A DNA stretch of 48,134 bases, from contig ML002281.1 of NCBI GenBank assembly GCA_003614675.1, positions 1-48,134 on the forward strand, read 5' to 3'. The notes below the pieces were generated by a model. It was not told the origin of the DNA. It was given only the letters and a program-made list of their open reading frames with translations, and ran no database searches. A program made the translations under genes and the position numbers. Shown one piece after another: positions 1 through 11,996 of the stretch. Numbering within the stretch: position 1 is the first letter of the stretch; each line of letters opens with the position of its first letter. Source of the DNA: Dimargaris cristalligena. Taxonomy: Eukaryota.

Positions 1-2244
1 TCACTCAGATGGGGAGTACTATGGAAAGGATCGACCTCCTCCCTCTGAGTGGTGACGGTCGCCCTTGGTTGCACTAGCATTCGGGGAATAGTCCTGCACA
101 AAGGTACCCAATAATTAGTTCCATTATTAAACATGAATCTCCCCAAAATAGCGGAGGAAAAATAGGAACCAAAGGATGAAAAGATAATGGCAAGTTAATG
201 CAACGATCAGGTACAGCACTTGGCGGCTTTTATTTTTGCCTATGATTATTATAGGTTGGCCACATAGCGCAAACCTCAAACCATGAATTCACAGCCAGCT
301 TTTTAGTGTGACTGTACAAGGAGTACCCTATTCTATTGGATCTTCGGCACGCTGTTTTTCGGCTGTGGATGAGTCTGTCCGAAGGAGGGAAAAAATAGAG
401 AAAAATAGTTTCCATCTACCTACCTACCTCCAGCCCTCGCTTCCATGGATATTCGCCTCGTGTATTTCCCGCCTTAGTCGTCTAGCAAGGCAGTCGACCT
501 CGCAACCCATTCCTCAAGGTGGGCGAGTGGTCCGAATCACCAAGTCTCCAAGTCTGCAGTTATGTTGACTCTCTTTCTCATTACGATACGCCTTTCCAAC
601 CTCCATATATTCCCCAGCAAGTACTGTTCATAACCACAAGATCCCAACAAAAGGAGCAGAGTATAGAAATTAACCATGTTGGGTAGTACCCCATTCCATC
701 TAGACGGATAGTTAGGGAAAACCAGGTGTCCCCCCCCATACGCCAGGCATACCAGCAGAGAATCCTGTCCAATATTGTGCAACCGCTAAGCCAAGGGATC
801 CTCCGAGACCCGAATGCATCACGTGACTCCCCCTCTCAAGATCCCAGGCCAAGCACAGCGCGAACGGTAGCCGACTCGGCTGAATCGGGTATACAAATCT
901 GAGACGTATAAAACTAACTGGACTGGCCGGAAAGCCGGGTTCATCATATTACAATAAAATCATAGTTTATATCTTTACCTACTATATTAGTAAGTACATC
1001 CCTGTTCCCCCTCGGACCCCGACCCACGGCAAAACCCCCTCCGTTGGTCCACCCGACCGAACCCTGTCATAATCGGAAAGACTCAGTCAGGTTGTATAAA
1101 ACGAAATTTACGTTGGATAAGGCAAGTATTACTCTACCACTGGCTATAAAAGAAACACCCGCCTACATTCCCATACACATAATATGTACAAAGCCTTATA
1201 CAACTGACGTAGCCTATAAGTCATATACTGCTCAATGATTTCCGAATAGGTGATGTAATCAAATTCGGAGTTGGATAGGAACTATTGCAATCCAAAATTC
1301 ACTTCCTCAGTGCGTGGTGGGGGTTTTCATGGATACCTTATAGATATCATCTGCCGCTATATTCAGTAAAATGACGAGTTCAGCCATTATACCTACTGAT
1401 GTTATCCTGGGCCAGGGTACTCTATCTAAAGTATATTTTACTGTTAACATACATGCGGACATTTCACCAAGATAGTTGGTGTCTAATTCAAATTGGGCAC
1501 ATTCATATGCCAAATTACAGGTATATCCAAAGACTAGAAAATCCAAATGGCCACCAGGGTAATGTCGATCACTTAGCCATAGTGCCCATGTTCATGTTTG
1601 GTGGGGTGAGTTCGTTTAGGGTTTGCCAAGATTCAATGATATAATCGATAAAGAAAGGAGAGAGAGAGAGAGGCTAAAGGACGCCAACCCTCTCCGTATT
1701 CAGCTGCCGATGACGCTCTCGCTCACGCGGGCGGCCTACTAAGTAGGTATTAGAACTCCTCCTCCCCATATAATAATAATGATACTGGAGGCGGTTTCTG
1801 TCTCGGCCCCCTGGGTCTTGAGTATTAAGTGGCGAACGACTAGCCTTAGCCCCTTGGTCCGTTTGCCAACCGCGTCTCTCTTATTTCTTGTTATAATATA
1901 ATATTTGAAATTTAAGACTTTAATAATTTGCTGCAAACCCCCGGCTTCCTTTACACCCTTCGATAAGCCCAATAAACCTTCGCTTACTTTGCCCTAGGCC
2001 ACCGAATGGGCCAACTCCTGAACCTGGCATTCCCCTCCCTCCGTCTCCCTTCGACTTCTCTCCAGCCCTAAGCCACCCCCGTGCTACATTGTCGACAGAC
2101 CAAATACCGCAACTTTACATTCCCACCCATTCCCACTCCAACACGCACTCCGACCCTCCCTGCCCCCATTGTCCGATAGACAAAGTCTTACTCCGGAATC
2201 CCCTTCAGCAGCGACCCTGTACCTCACTAGTGGAACATCCGCCT

Positions 2245-4252
2245 ATGCAGTCCCGTTATTTATATGAGGGCTGGATCCTCTTAGTCCGCATTATCATGTG
2301 GGGCTGGTTCCGGTTCGTTCACATCGTCGGAGGTGAAAATGTCCCGCGTAGGCGACCCCTCATCCTTCTAAGGTAAGTAGTTGTGTCGTGTAATACTGGT
2401 ACACCTGACATGTTGGTGTAAGTCTGCGAGTGTGTGTATAAAACTGTCTAGGCCGGCTTTAGTTTAGTAGTAATACTATGTAGGACAATACTCCACCTGC
2501 CTCTTCTTACTGCTCATTAATAATCGAGGGCTAGGCAGTGTTTTGCTAAGCCCCACCAAATGTACCTCCTTCTCCCCATGCGAGCCCCTTAAACTAACCC
2601 AACTTTATTTACTGCTCCCTTACTATTGGTGGGAAATTAAAAACAATCCCCAACTGCAAAACTCTGGTCATTTATAGTACCCACTCCAATATGATTGTCG
2701 ATCCGGTGGTTCTCACCTATTCGATACCCTACCACCGGCCCTGTCATTTTTGGGCCAAGAACGGGCTATTTCGCAATAAATTCACCCGTAGAGTACTCAC
2801 CACCGTCGGGGCTCTGCCCGTCGACCGTACCACCAAAGACAACGCCCTCCTCTTCCAGGCTACTTTCGATGTTCTACACCAGGGCGGCGTCATTACATCG
2901 TTCCCCGAGGGCACATCCTACACCCTGCCCCACATTATGAGGCTTAAAGATGGGTCGTCCTGGGCGGCCCTGGAATACGCCAAGCATCTAGAGGATAGTG
3001 CGGTGTTCCGGAATGCGGCCCTAACCCCGCTGGAGCGCGAACGAATGCAGCTCCAGATTGTGCCCACTGGAATCACCTATATTGATAAATACCACTGGCG
3101 GGGTGGTTGTATTGTCCAGTAAGTTAAACTCGTATGGTAACCGAATCCTAGAAAGTTCCGGATTGTTGCTCAGGAAACATAGCGGACAATACCATATAGC
3201 GGCTACTTTCCAGTATAGCTTCATAAAAACCACTTGAGTGTATGATACGTACGCTTCATTCCAACTCACCTCCCTTCTGGTCCAGTAATTTATTATCACC
3301 ATTTATATTACATCTCAGATTCGGGAAACCCATCGATGTACACGACCACCTACCCCAATTTCGAACCGACCGTCGTACTGCGGTCAAACGGCTTACTCAG
3401 GATATTACCACCGCCTTCCGCCAACTTACCATTAATGCCCCGGACTGGGACAGCCTCCACCGGGGCCAAGTGGCGCGCGATATTTTATTCGCCGAGTCCG
3501 AGTTAAAACCCGCCCATTATGTCCGGGTAACCCAGAACCTGGTCGACTTCTTCCTCCCTAGTTCCCCAGACCAAGAGGTGGACCCCAGTATTAAATACCT
3601 GGGTTCCCGGATCCTCAACTACTACGACCTATTGCGACAGCTCCGAGTCTCCGACCACCATATTTTATTTTTCACTCGGCGCATAGAGGGTGCTCATACC
3701 CCGTGGCCAGCCACTCTGGCCCCGCTTTTCCTACGGCTGGCCCGCTTCCTCATCGAAATCCCCTTCAGCTTCCCCGCCGTCGTGATCCACATGCCCGTGT
3801 ACTTCTTAGCCACTCTAGCCGGCCACGTTGAAAATGATGCCGAATCGGTGGCCCAAACTAAGATTGGCACAACTCTTCTAGTGCTACTACCCGCGTACAC
3901 GACCCTCTTTTACTACATTTGGCAAAGAGCGTTCGCCGGTTCACTGCCCGGCTTTTTTGCGGCCCTGGTGTTCATCCCCATCTACGCCTTGTACCATATT
4001 ATGTATATTGACCATCGGTACGATTCCATCAAGGCGCTGTGGGCCACCATCCGGATGTTGTTGGCCGTAGCTGGTTACCACCACCGTATTGATATTTCCC
4101 AAATCACGGCGGCAGTGGCCTTGCGCCAGGATATTCACCAAGAACTGCAAACTATGGTCGAAAAACACAGCCAAGACTTAGGTGGCCATGCTAAAGCTGA
4201 CTCACTGACCCCCTCTTTGGCGTTCGTTCGGCAAGCCCTTGTAGCATACTAA
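2245..4252 (+). CDS. Glycerol-3-phosphate/DHAP O-acyltransferase (fungal Sct1/Gpt2-like PlsC family); exons 2245-2372, 2678-3118, 3319-4252; 500 aa
   Basis: Two GTAAGT..AG introns join in frame. They create LILLSTHSNMIVDP (fungal GPAT H-x5-D motif) and GCIVQFGKPI. Also GALPVDR and FPEGTSY acyltransferase blocks and C-terminal hydrophobic helices. Confidence 0.9.
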
Positions 4253-5691
4253 CTACGACCACTATAATCTGGTATGTGTGCATGGGAATGTATATGATAT
4301 GATTTGGTAAATATGTAAAGTGTTATAAATATTAGTTACCTAAATGCCAAGGTGAGAGCCAAGTCTATTTTTCGAAGAATAAGGGGTATATATTTTGGAT
4401 ATAGCGCCAATCGGATTGAGCAGGATTTTCGCTTAATTGGGGGTATCAACTGGCCCACATTTTCTTGTGTTATCGCATGTATTTCCCCTGTTTACAACTG
4501 TATCGAATTGAGTGGGAGAATTACCGCAAATGTTTGAGTGATTGCTTACTGGGCCATCCTATATACTGGAGACAACTATTGGCCAAATGCATGTCGTAGT
4601 CTTCATGTAGATAAGGGAATCGGCCCACCAGGTCTCGTCAGGGCTAATTAACCATCCTCTCCCCAATCGACGTTTTCGTAATTGATAACAGTACTCGCCC
4701 CGGTAAAGCTGGTCCCTCATCAGTAATATTAGTGATGGATAGGGGCGATTAGTTTGGTCTGGAGCAGACAATTCAGACAACCTGATGCTGTTGGTTCAAG
4801 TGTGACTAGGAGAGAGGGGGTTCTCAGCCCGATTCCCTAAAATTGGCCTATGGTTTAATTCAAGTATGATATTCTCTGGTTTTGATGGAGTCGGGGCACC
4901 CCAGGTCCGTGGGCAATGAATGGCACGGAGGTTTACTCGAACCCACCCCCTCTCCTCCGCGTAAATGCCCTCCTCTAAATAGATTATATCCCAAGTACCA
5001 ATGAGGAGGGTGCTCGTACTTTTTGCTACCGGCGTGGCCCGAACAGCATGGCGATAGGATTTAATCCAGTGAGGTGGGTTAGACGGGTTAATCTATCGGG
5101 CTGAAGAAATCCGAACCGCTCATTGGTTCAATTAGGAGCGCACTATGATGGACCCAGGGCCGGGTTTCACATGACCATGGTAGCCCCCGCCCTAAAAACG
5201 AGGTTTTCTGTGCCAAACCCCTCCCCCCCCACTGTCTAGAATATATACTAATAAGGCAAGCCAACGAACCCACTAACCCGAGGGTGAGTCTTTTCGTTCT
5301 ATATCGAAGCGGTTAATCACGCTTTTCTTCCATAGCCTCAGGTCTCTGGAATTTAGGACCAATGGTAAATTATCTGTTTGCCTTACCTAATGCGGAGTTG
5401 TGTGGAATGAAGGTAGGGGGAGCTACTTGGACCAGCTTTTGCAAGGGGAGTGATGGCCCCGAAAGGCCAGGTGCCTACCTAATTACATGTGAAGATTCCG
5501 TTCTAGTAACCATGCAGTAGACTAAACAATACACAAAAAGCGGAAGAGCCAAGGGTTGCAATCAATCTGATCAATATGCCCAAGAATAGAGCCGACTGAG
5601 TAGCAGCGGACCGTCGGTTCAGCTTGGGCGGGTAATACAGCCCAGGAAAAAGAAGGGATAAAATGAAGGAGAAAGAGAAGGAATGCGTTTG

Positions 5692-5950
5692 TTGACGTCA
5701 ATAGTAACAAGCAATATTGCCTAGATGGGGCAGGTTGTGGTTGTTCCCCCCCAACTGCATACACGCTGGGGTGGAACCGCTTTGTTGAGTCCTGCATATA
5801 GGCTCAGGAAGAGATTTGTCGAGCATATACCCAACAACCCCCCCCACCCATCACTGCTTTAGCGAGGGAAGGAACACGGTGGGTATGGCCCAAACATTTA
5901 ATGCATTTTCCGCGATAGGGCACGACACCCCCACTTCGGGTATATAAATA
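5692..5950 (+). promoter_or_regulatory. Putative promoter of Pcl cyclin: palindromic CRE-like TTGACGTCAA (5692-5701) and TATA box TATATAAATA (5941-5950)
   Basis: Motifs are seen directly. They are followed by a pyrimidine-rich, ATG-poor leader with splice signals that leads to the cyclin ATG. Confidence 0.45.
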
Positions 5951-6482
5951 CCCTGGTCTTCCCCTCCCCCCCTGCTATTCCCTTTCTCCTTATTCCCTTT
6001 CCTGATTTCGTCGCTTGCCTTAATCCTCTGTATTTCTTATTTTGGAGCTGCGATCCTACCACTGGTTTATCGGTAACGCCTCCTCCCCCTGTTCGAAACG
6101 GACCAACTGCGGCACTTGCTCGGGCAGCAAAAATTATATTATCCAGCCTGTTTTGGTCATACCTTATTCGCTCACCAGTCACTTGCCAAATCTCCCTCCC
6201 TCCCTCCAGTATAGTAGTGTAGCGCCCTTGGCACGTCTCATATAGCCCTATGCAGGGAAGAGCCATCCAACAACCACATCCCCTTCGCCGCCCCTTTCCC
6301 TTTTTCCGTGCTATTCATTCGCCTGTGTGGTGACTATGCCTTTGTGATTAGAGAGGTACAAGGCACGCTATACGGTCGTTTCATTCGGTCTTCCCTTTGA
6401 CCACAAGACCTCCCCACTTCATCTTCCCTACACTCCTTCGCTGTCGCTGCCACCAAATTTGAAGAGCGTTAGTGCCAATCAA

Positions 6483-7285
6483 GGTAAGGATTCCCCTGGG
6501 ATGTGCCCCCCTTGACTTTTTTCTCGTACTATATTGATGAGAGTGTTCGGTATGAAACAGTTCTTACGGTAGAGTATGGGGAGAGAGGATGATGAACATA
6601 TATATATATATTCTGAATTTGGGCATCACCAATATATATATTACTTTATACTTTGATATATATGGCTGATTTTTTTACCATTCTCTTCATCATTGTTTCC
6701 TTTTTCCCCTTTTCTTTATCCCTTTCCTCCTCCTTCCTTGCCCATTTGTTAGTCTTCTTAAACTCCCCTCTTCTAATTGATCCAACTGAATTGCCTCCTT
6801 TTCTCCCTTCACTTATTTAATCTAGTCCACAGTACGTGCTCACATAGTAATTGGCCAAAAAGCAGTCCAGTGCCTGGGTGACTGACTGTGAGCTCTCTAT
6901 AATCTTATTTACCGATTCATCGTCCCCTTGACTTTCCCAGCAAATGGTTCAATTGCCAATTCATTTGCACCCCACCCCACTGCACTCTCACTCGAATTAC
7001 CTTCCCTACTCCCGTGTTCACACTTCTACTCTAGTACACCTCTAGTCAACCTTGGGGGGCCCATATTCTGTAACCACTTTTGTAACTCTATTAGTCCTTT
7101 ACTAACCGTGGCTTCAGGATAGGCAACGGCGGCGAGTCACCTGGCAAACCGGTGAGAGAGTGTGTGGAGGTTCTTCTTTTGTGCCATTTACTACCCTTAT
7201 TATAAATATCCGCTACCCCATGTCCACTGACTAACCCCGTCTATTTATTACTGCACCCCAACTCTCATTTCTCTGTTCAACTCAG
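6483..7285 (+). other. 5'-UTR introns of Pcl cyclin: 6484-6825 (or 6484-6832), 6832-7117 and 7152-7285
   Basis: Donors GTAAGG (6484), GTACGT (6832) and GTGAGA (7152). Branch points TACTAAC (7100-7106) and GACTAAC (7229-7235). Acceptors TAG 6825 or CAG 6832, CAG 7117 and CAG 7285. Confidence 0.55.
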
Positions 7286-7780
7286 ACGCTCTCTATTCAG
7301 CCCCGTCCATCCTTCCCCTGCTACTCGTTGTCACTGACTTTACGGCTTCTTTGTATCACCAACACTTCACCTTTAACTGACAACCCCTGTCCTTTAAACC
7401 AACCGTCGCGTGTGTGTTCACCTGCTTCAGCCCCATTTCGTCGTCCTACAAGTCGCACTCTATAATATTTCTTGTAATTGCGACCGTTTTAGCCCTTTAA
7501 CTGATTCTGTTCACCTGCCTGAATTTCACACCCTTTACCTTTGGACCGGTTCAGACGTTGGTATACTTTCTCTATAGTTCGGTTCACTCTCACACGGGCC
7601 TTTTGACGCTCTTTCAACTGTCTTTTTTTAGAGGCCCGCATGCGAAGCGTGTACTGCTAGATTTAACCGGTTCTACCCGACTATATTACTGCCTTCACTA
7701 CACACCGTATTCATATTATTATACTGACCAGCCATATACTCTCCCCTTCCTACCAAAGTCATTGGTAATTTGCGAATGCC

Positions 7781-8485
7781 ATGTCCACAGCCCCCGACTC
7801 AACAAGCTTCCTGGAAGTCAATCGTGCCGTCCTTGACTTGACCGTGCGCATGGTCACTTCCGCGGTTAATTGTAAGCGTACGTCCCCCTATAACCTGACC
7901 AATACCCTAAAGCGATGCTCAGAAGAAGCCTTTGCCCTGCCCCCCAGTGCTGCAGCAGCCACAACCCTGGTTTTAAACCAATGCTCCAGCCGGTTAAACG
8001 CCAAGTCCGGTAACGATACAAACACCACGTCGAATACGGCGACTCCCGCCCCCTCCCTTCCGAACTCACAACCGGGTTGTCCGGCGACGTCTCCACCCGG
8101 TATGGGTTTATCGACACTCCCACCCCTTGAAGATTTTATCCATCTCGTCTGTGCCCAGCTACAGCCCACCACTATAACCCTGGTTACCAGTCTCATATAC
8201 GTCGAACGCCTCCGTTCGTACCTGCCTATCACCGCCCGGGGCTCTTCTGGAACTCCATACCGCATTTTTATGGGCGCCCTCATGCTCGCGGACAAATTTC
8301 TCAATGACAACAAATCATTTCGGACCCAGACCATCGCAGCCGCTACTGGTGACCTATTTGATGTTCAACAAATTAACCAGATGGAGGCGACCTTCATGAG
8401 CCTCGTTCGGTATAAACTTTGGATCAACTGTAAGGATCTAGACGATTTTGTACATCAGAATGACTTGCCGAATACTTTGACCTAA
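7781..8485 (+). CDS. Pho85-type (Pcl1/Pcl2-like) cyclin, 234 aa, single coding exon
   Basis: Cyclin box LPPLEDFI...TLVTSLIYVERLRSYLP...RIFMGALMLADKFLND...INQMEATFMSLVRYKL is typical of Pcl cyclins. Confidence 0.85.
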   Translation: MSTAPDSTSFLEVNRAVLDLTVRMVTSAVNCKRTSPYNLTNTLKRCSEEAFALPPSAAAATTLVLNQCSSRLNAKSGNDTNTTSNTATPAPSLPNSQPGCPATSPPGMGLSTLPPLEDFIHLVCAQLQPTTITLVTSLIYVERLRSYLPITARGSSGTPYRIFMGALMLADKFLNDNKSFRTQTIAAATGDLFDVQQINQMEATFMSLVRYKLWINCKDLDDFVHQNDLPNTLT

Positions 8486-10220
8486 GCCATTTTTGGGGGA
8501 GGAGGAGTTCGGCTGTTGTTATTGTTGCTTTTTTGCTTTTACCAGCTGAGACATCTGTACGACGTCCACATTATCTTTCCTACCCACCTGCACCCCAAAA
8601 CCGCACTCCTGTATAATATCTAATCATCCAGCCACCGGGGCTTCTGGTGGTGGCCTCACTTTTTTCATCATCCTTTTTTTGAGCCTTCCTTATAATAATA
8701 ATATTATTATTATTTGCACCATTGATGGCAAAGATAGGATGGCCATTCTCTATACACCCCTTCAAACCCCGTGTACTTTTCCCTTTTGCCCATTTTATGT
8801 ATCACCTCACATTCGTTTGTCTACATAAATCTACTTCCGCCCACTCCAAGTTACAGGGCCAGTACTTCAGCCAAGTCTGTATTTTATGTGCCCACTTCCA
8901 TATTTCCTATTTTATTTACTTTATAATAAGATTACTGATCTATACAAACACACCCCCTTTCCCTAACCAGCCCGCTGAGTATACCGCCCAGGCTTGAGTA
9001 GAAAAAGACTGATGCACATGTGTACGCAAATGAGCGTACCGTTGAGTCATGGGCATTCCCTGTTCTTTTATCTCTCATGCTGCAACACAGCCACCACCCA
9101 ATATTTAGTAACATCTGAGCCATAGTTCCTCCCCTACAGTAATGCGTGGAGTTATTCGCTGTGTATGAGAAGGCTAACCCACGGGAACGGCTCTTGGAGT
9201 CCTGCTGACGAGAATCTCCGCAGGGCCAAAGCTGGAATGTTGGAATTTATTAATTTATTGGGGTATGAGGGGGGGGGGTGTGTGCCTATTGGTGCACTGT
9301 GGTTTATGACAATGACCAGATATATATTTCTTATTGGATATCGGATTGGGAACGGTAAACGAATAGGGGAAGAGTGAGAGATGGTAATCTACACGGTATT
9401 CGCCGATTAAACAATACGGTGGAGGCCACGTCTATCTAACGACTTCAGTAAATTATAATAGCTGGTTGACCCCATTGGTGGTTTACTATCCCATACCTAT
9501 TTTCTCTTCCCCTCTCACTCGTCCCGGTTGAAATAGGAGATTATTTTCGGGTCCAAGGAAAACCTTCCTCATATTGATTTGAAGTTGTGGGGAAGAATTG
9601 GGCGAGGTTTAACGATAAGTTGGTTCCATAGTGTCTACTCACAGTGTCTCGATTGCCGCTTCGCAACAACCCAAAGTATTTCGTATCTGGGGGGTCGTTT
9701 GGAAACCCCTATCACGAGGGAGCTGCATTGGTGGTGGTGGGATGTTCGCAGCATTTGGAGTGCTGCCCCACTCGGTTAGTTGAGTTTTACGCCCTGATTG
9801 TCGGTAGACCTCCCTCCCTCCCTGGGAGTATGGTGGTGGTGATGGTGATGGGTGGTACATTCCCAGACCCAACTAATTGCCAACCGCTGATCCACTCCCA
9901 CATTAATAATACCGTTGTCTTTGTTATCGGATCTCATCGCATCGCGCATAGGGCTGCCAATGAACAGCAATTATTCTGCCCATTGGTAGGCATTATTATA
10001 TTAATAGTCGCCTGTTACTCCATGTTCACCAATCATTGGAAATAAGTAGGTACAAAGATAAGCAGTACCGGCAAATCTATCACCGATTCCGCCATAAATT
10101 GGTTGATTCGTCAGTCGTTTCGGACTGTGGCCAACCAACACATTAACGATTAATACTGAACGGTAATCAAGGGGCAGTCAACCTTATATTTATTCGGGCA
10201 TCATTTAAGACAGATTCTAA

Positions 10221-11996
10221 CTAAATATATTCTTGAAGGGGCTTGAACTCAATTGAAGGTTCGGTAGAGGAAGAAGGTGATGCTGGTATTTGACGCACTA
10301 GTATATCCGTAGTAAAGTACCCTTGTCGGTACCAGTCCTGGATTTCCGACCAGGAAAATGGTCCGTACACTTCGGCCCCCGTTTCAGCGGTATATTTATA
10401 TTCCCATTGCCCTGATTGCGTTTGCGTCGGCGCCGGTGAAGATGTGGTTCCCTCTCCCGCCGGGGTGGATTCGGACGGTAGAGGCGTACCTGGTATCCAG
10501 TCATCCGGAATCATATCCCGTTGCCGCAATTCCCGGACAATTTGTTCATAAGTGGTTTCGTAGATTTGGAAATCGCCGCGGGCCATCATCAGATCGCATA
10601 ATTCCGTCACCCGTTCGATGCTACGCTTAGTTTGCGCGGCCTCTTCCTCCCGTTCCCGTTCCCATTGCTCCTGCTCCTGTTGTAGAAGAAGTTGGGACGA
10701 TGGGTCAGCCGGATCAACTCCGGAACGGTCCGTTGCCACCGAATCAACTCCTGTTATACCAACAGTACCAGTCGTACCGGCCGGAATTTTCCCTGATATT
10801 ACCCCATCACTACCTTTTAGGCCTTTCCGTCGACCCTTCTGATTTTTTTTAATTTGCGCCTGCGCCTCTTTCGCTTTCCCTCCCAATCGCGCCAACGTAC
10901 GCAATACCGTTTCCCGCGGCTGCATCTGATCCAGCAGGGTCCGCCATATTTTAGCTTTGGGCCAGGCTTGGATTCGGGCCGCCGCCCGACGTTCCTCTTG
11001 CTGTTCCCGCCGGGTCTGTTCCGCATGGGCCGCCTGGGTTTGGGCCATCACGTCCCGCCGGGATACGCCCCCGGCCTCGAGCCACTGGTCGTGGAACGCC
11101 AAGGGGTCGCGCGCTTTGCGTACGTAATTACCCGCGGAATCAAAGTCGCCTTCGGCCATTTCCTGGTCCATATTAAAGGCTTCAATGGTTTGCTCACCGT
11201 TGGCACTGAATTGGTCGTGCGAAGACTGGACTTGGCCAACTACTTTGGTGGACGAGGACGAGAGTGAGGGTGAGGTGGGGCCGGAGGCATCAGTGGCCGG
11301 GGGTTTGCCGGTAACAGGCGCAAACATATCATCGTCGTCGTTGTTGTTGTTGTTGTTGTCAGCTGCATTGCCATGACGTTTTGGTTCGACGGGGGCTGGG
11401 CCACCTTCCGGCTGCTTACCCCGCTGATTATCCGATTGGGCCAGGGGTGGCATGGCATAGTCTGCATTATCGGTCAAACCCAATAGCTGTTCGTGTCGCG
11501 ACGCGTCCGCGGCGAGCGATGTAACCCCAGCGGGGGCACTCCAGTTATCTGAACCCATTGTCGGACCAAACGTGCGTTGAATTTGGCGATGCTGCCGGAT
11601 CCGCGAAGCCTGGGCCAAGTCCTGATAATGTTGGTCGGACATAAGGGTAGCACTTGAAGGACCACCGCTATCCGTAGCCCCATTGCCGAAAATAGTGGTG
11701 GTGGCGGTTGGTGGTCGTTCATCATTTTCCAAAACCGTGACGTCTTCCACGAGTCCTTCGTCGTCATACCCGCCGCCACCGGTAGCAGTTGCGGTACCCC
11801 CGTCACTGTCGGCGTCGTCGTCGTCATCGCTTCCGTACACATCGGTCCGAAACGCCCCCCGCCGTGGCTTGGCTTGTTCCAAATCACTCTGACCATCCTC
11901 ATCGGAGTCTACGGAGTGGTCCAAATCCCGGGTGCGTTTACGCTGACTGGTAGATTCATTGGCCCATTGCGAATGGGCACGTTTACGGTTGCTCAT
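10221..11996 (-). CDS. LIN1: Lin1/Snu40/CD2BP2 U5 snRNP-associated GYF-domain protein, 591 aa
   Basis: IEAFNMDQEMAEGDFDSAGNYV..HDQWL, MQPRETVLRTLARLGG and IERVTELCD..IYETTYE blocks. C-terminal GYF domain QWEYKY..VYGPFSWSEIQDWYRQGYF. Confidence 0.92.
   Translation of the reverse strand: MSNRKRAHSQWANESTSQRKRTRDLDHSVDSDEDGQSDLEQAKPRRGAFRTDVYGSDDDDDADSDGGTATATGGGGYDDEGLVEDVTVLENDERPPTATTTIFGNGATDSGGPSSATLMSDQHYQDLAQASRIRQHRQIQRTFGPTMGSDNWSAPAGVTSLAADASRHEQLLGLTDNADYAMPPLAQSDNQRGKQPEGGPAPVEPKRHGNAADNNNNNNDDDDMFAPVTGKPPATDASGPTSPSLSSSSTKVVGQVQSSHDQFSANGEQTIEAFNMDQEMAEGDFDSAGNYVRKARDPLAFHDQWLEAGGVSRRDVMAQTQAAHAEQTRREQQEERRAAARIQAWPKAKIWRTLLDQMQPRETVLRTLARLGGKAKEAQAQIKKNQKGRRKGLKGSDGVISGKIPAGTTGTVGITGVDSVATDRSGVDPADPSSQLLLQQEQEQWEREREEEAAQTKRSIERVTELCDLMMARGDFQIYETTYEQIVRELRQRDMIPDDWIPGTPLPSESTPAGEGTTSSPAPTQTQSGQWEYKYTAETGAEVYGPFSWSEIQDWYRQGYFTTDILVRQIPASPSSSTEPSIEFKPLQEYI

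Noticed and set aside
1..780. Minus-strand splice-like signals (CTAAC..TAG near 701, GTAGGT at 428, TGCAG near 94) and a frame open to the window edge
   Set aside because: I could not assemble a frame-consistent, recognisable gene. It may belong to a gene outside the window.
4922..4970. GGTTCGAG B-box-like motif and hairpin on the minus strand (tRNA/SINE?)
   Set aside because: No cloverleaf, acceptor stem or A box.
6534..6616. TTGATGA/ATGATGA...CTGA in the Pcl leader intron, resembling a C/D snoRNA
   Set aside because: The would-be guide is an (AT)n tract and there is no convincing terminal stem.
8970..9015. CTGAG-TATACC..CTTGA resembling a fungal TPP riboswitch (similar partial match at 19455-19490, minus strand)
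   Set aside because: Both lack the GAUAAUACCAGCGAAAG/P5 element and are not in a thiamine gene.
9644..10045. 133-aa ORF with a GTG start
   Set aside because: No motif, no codon bias and no splice support; likely chance.
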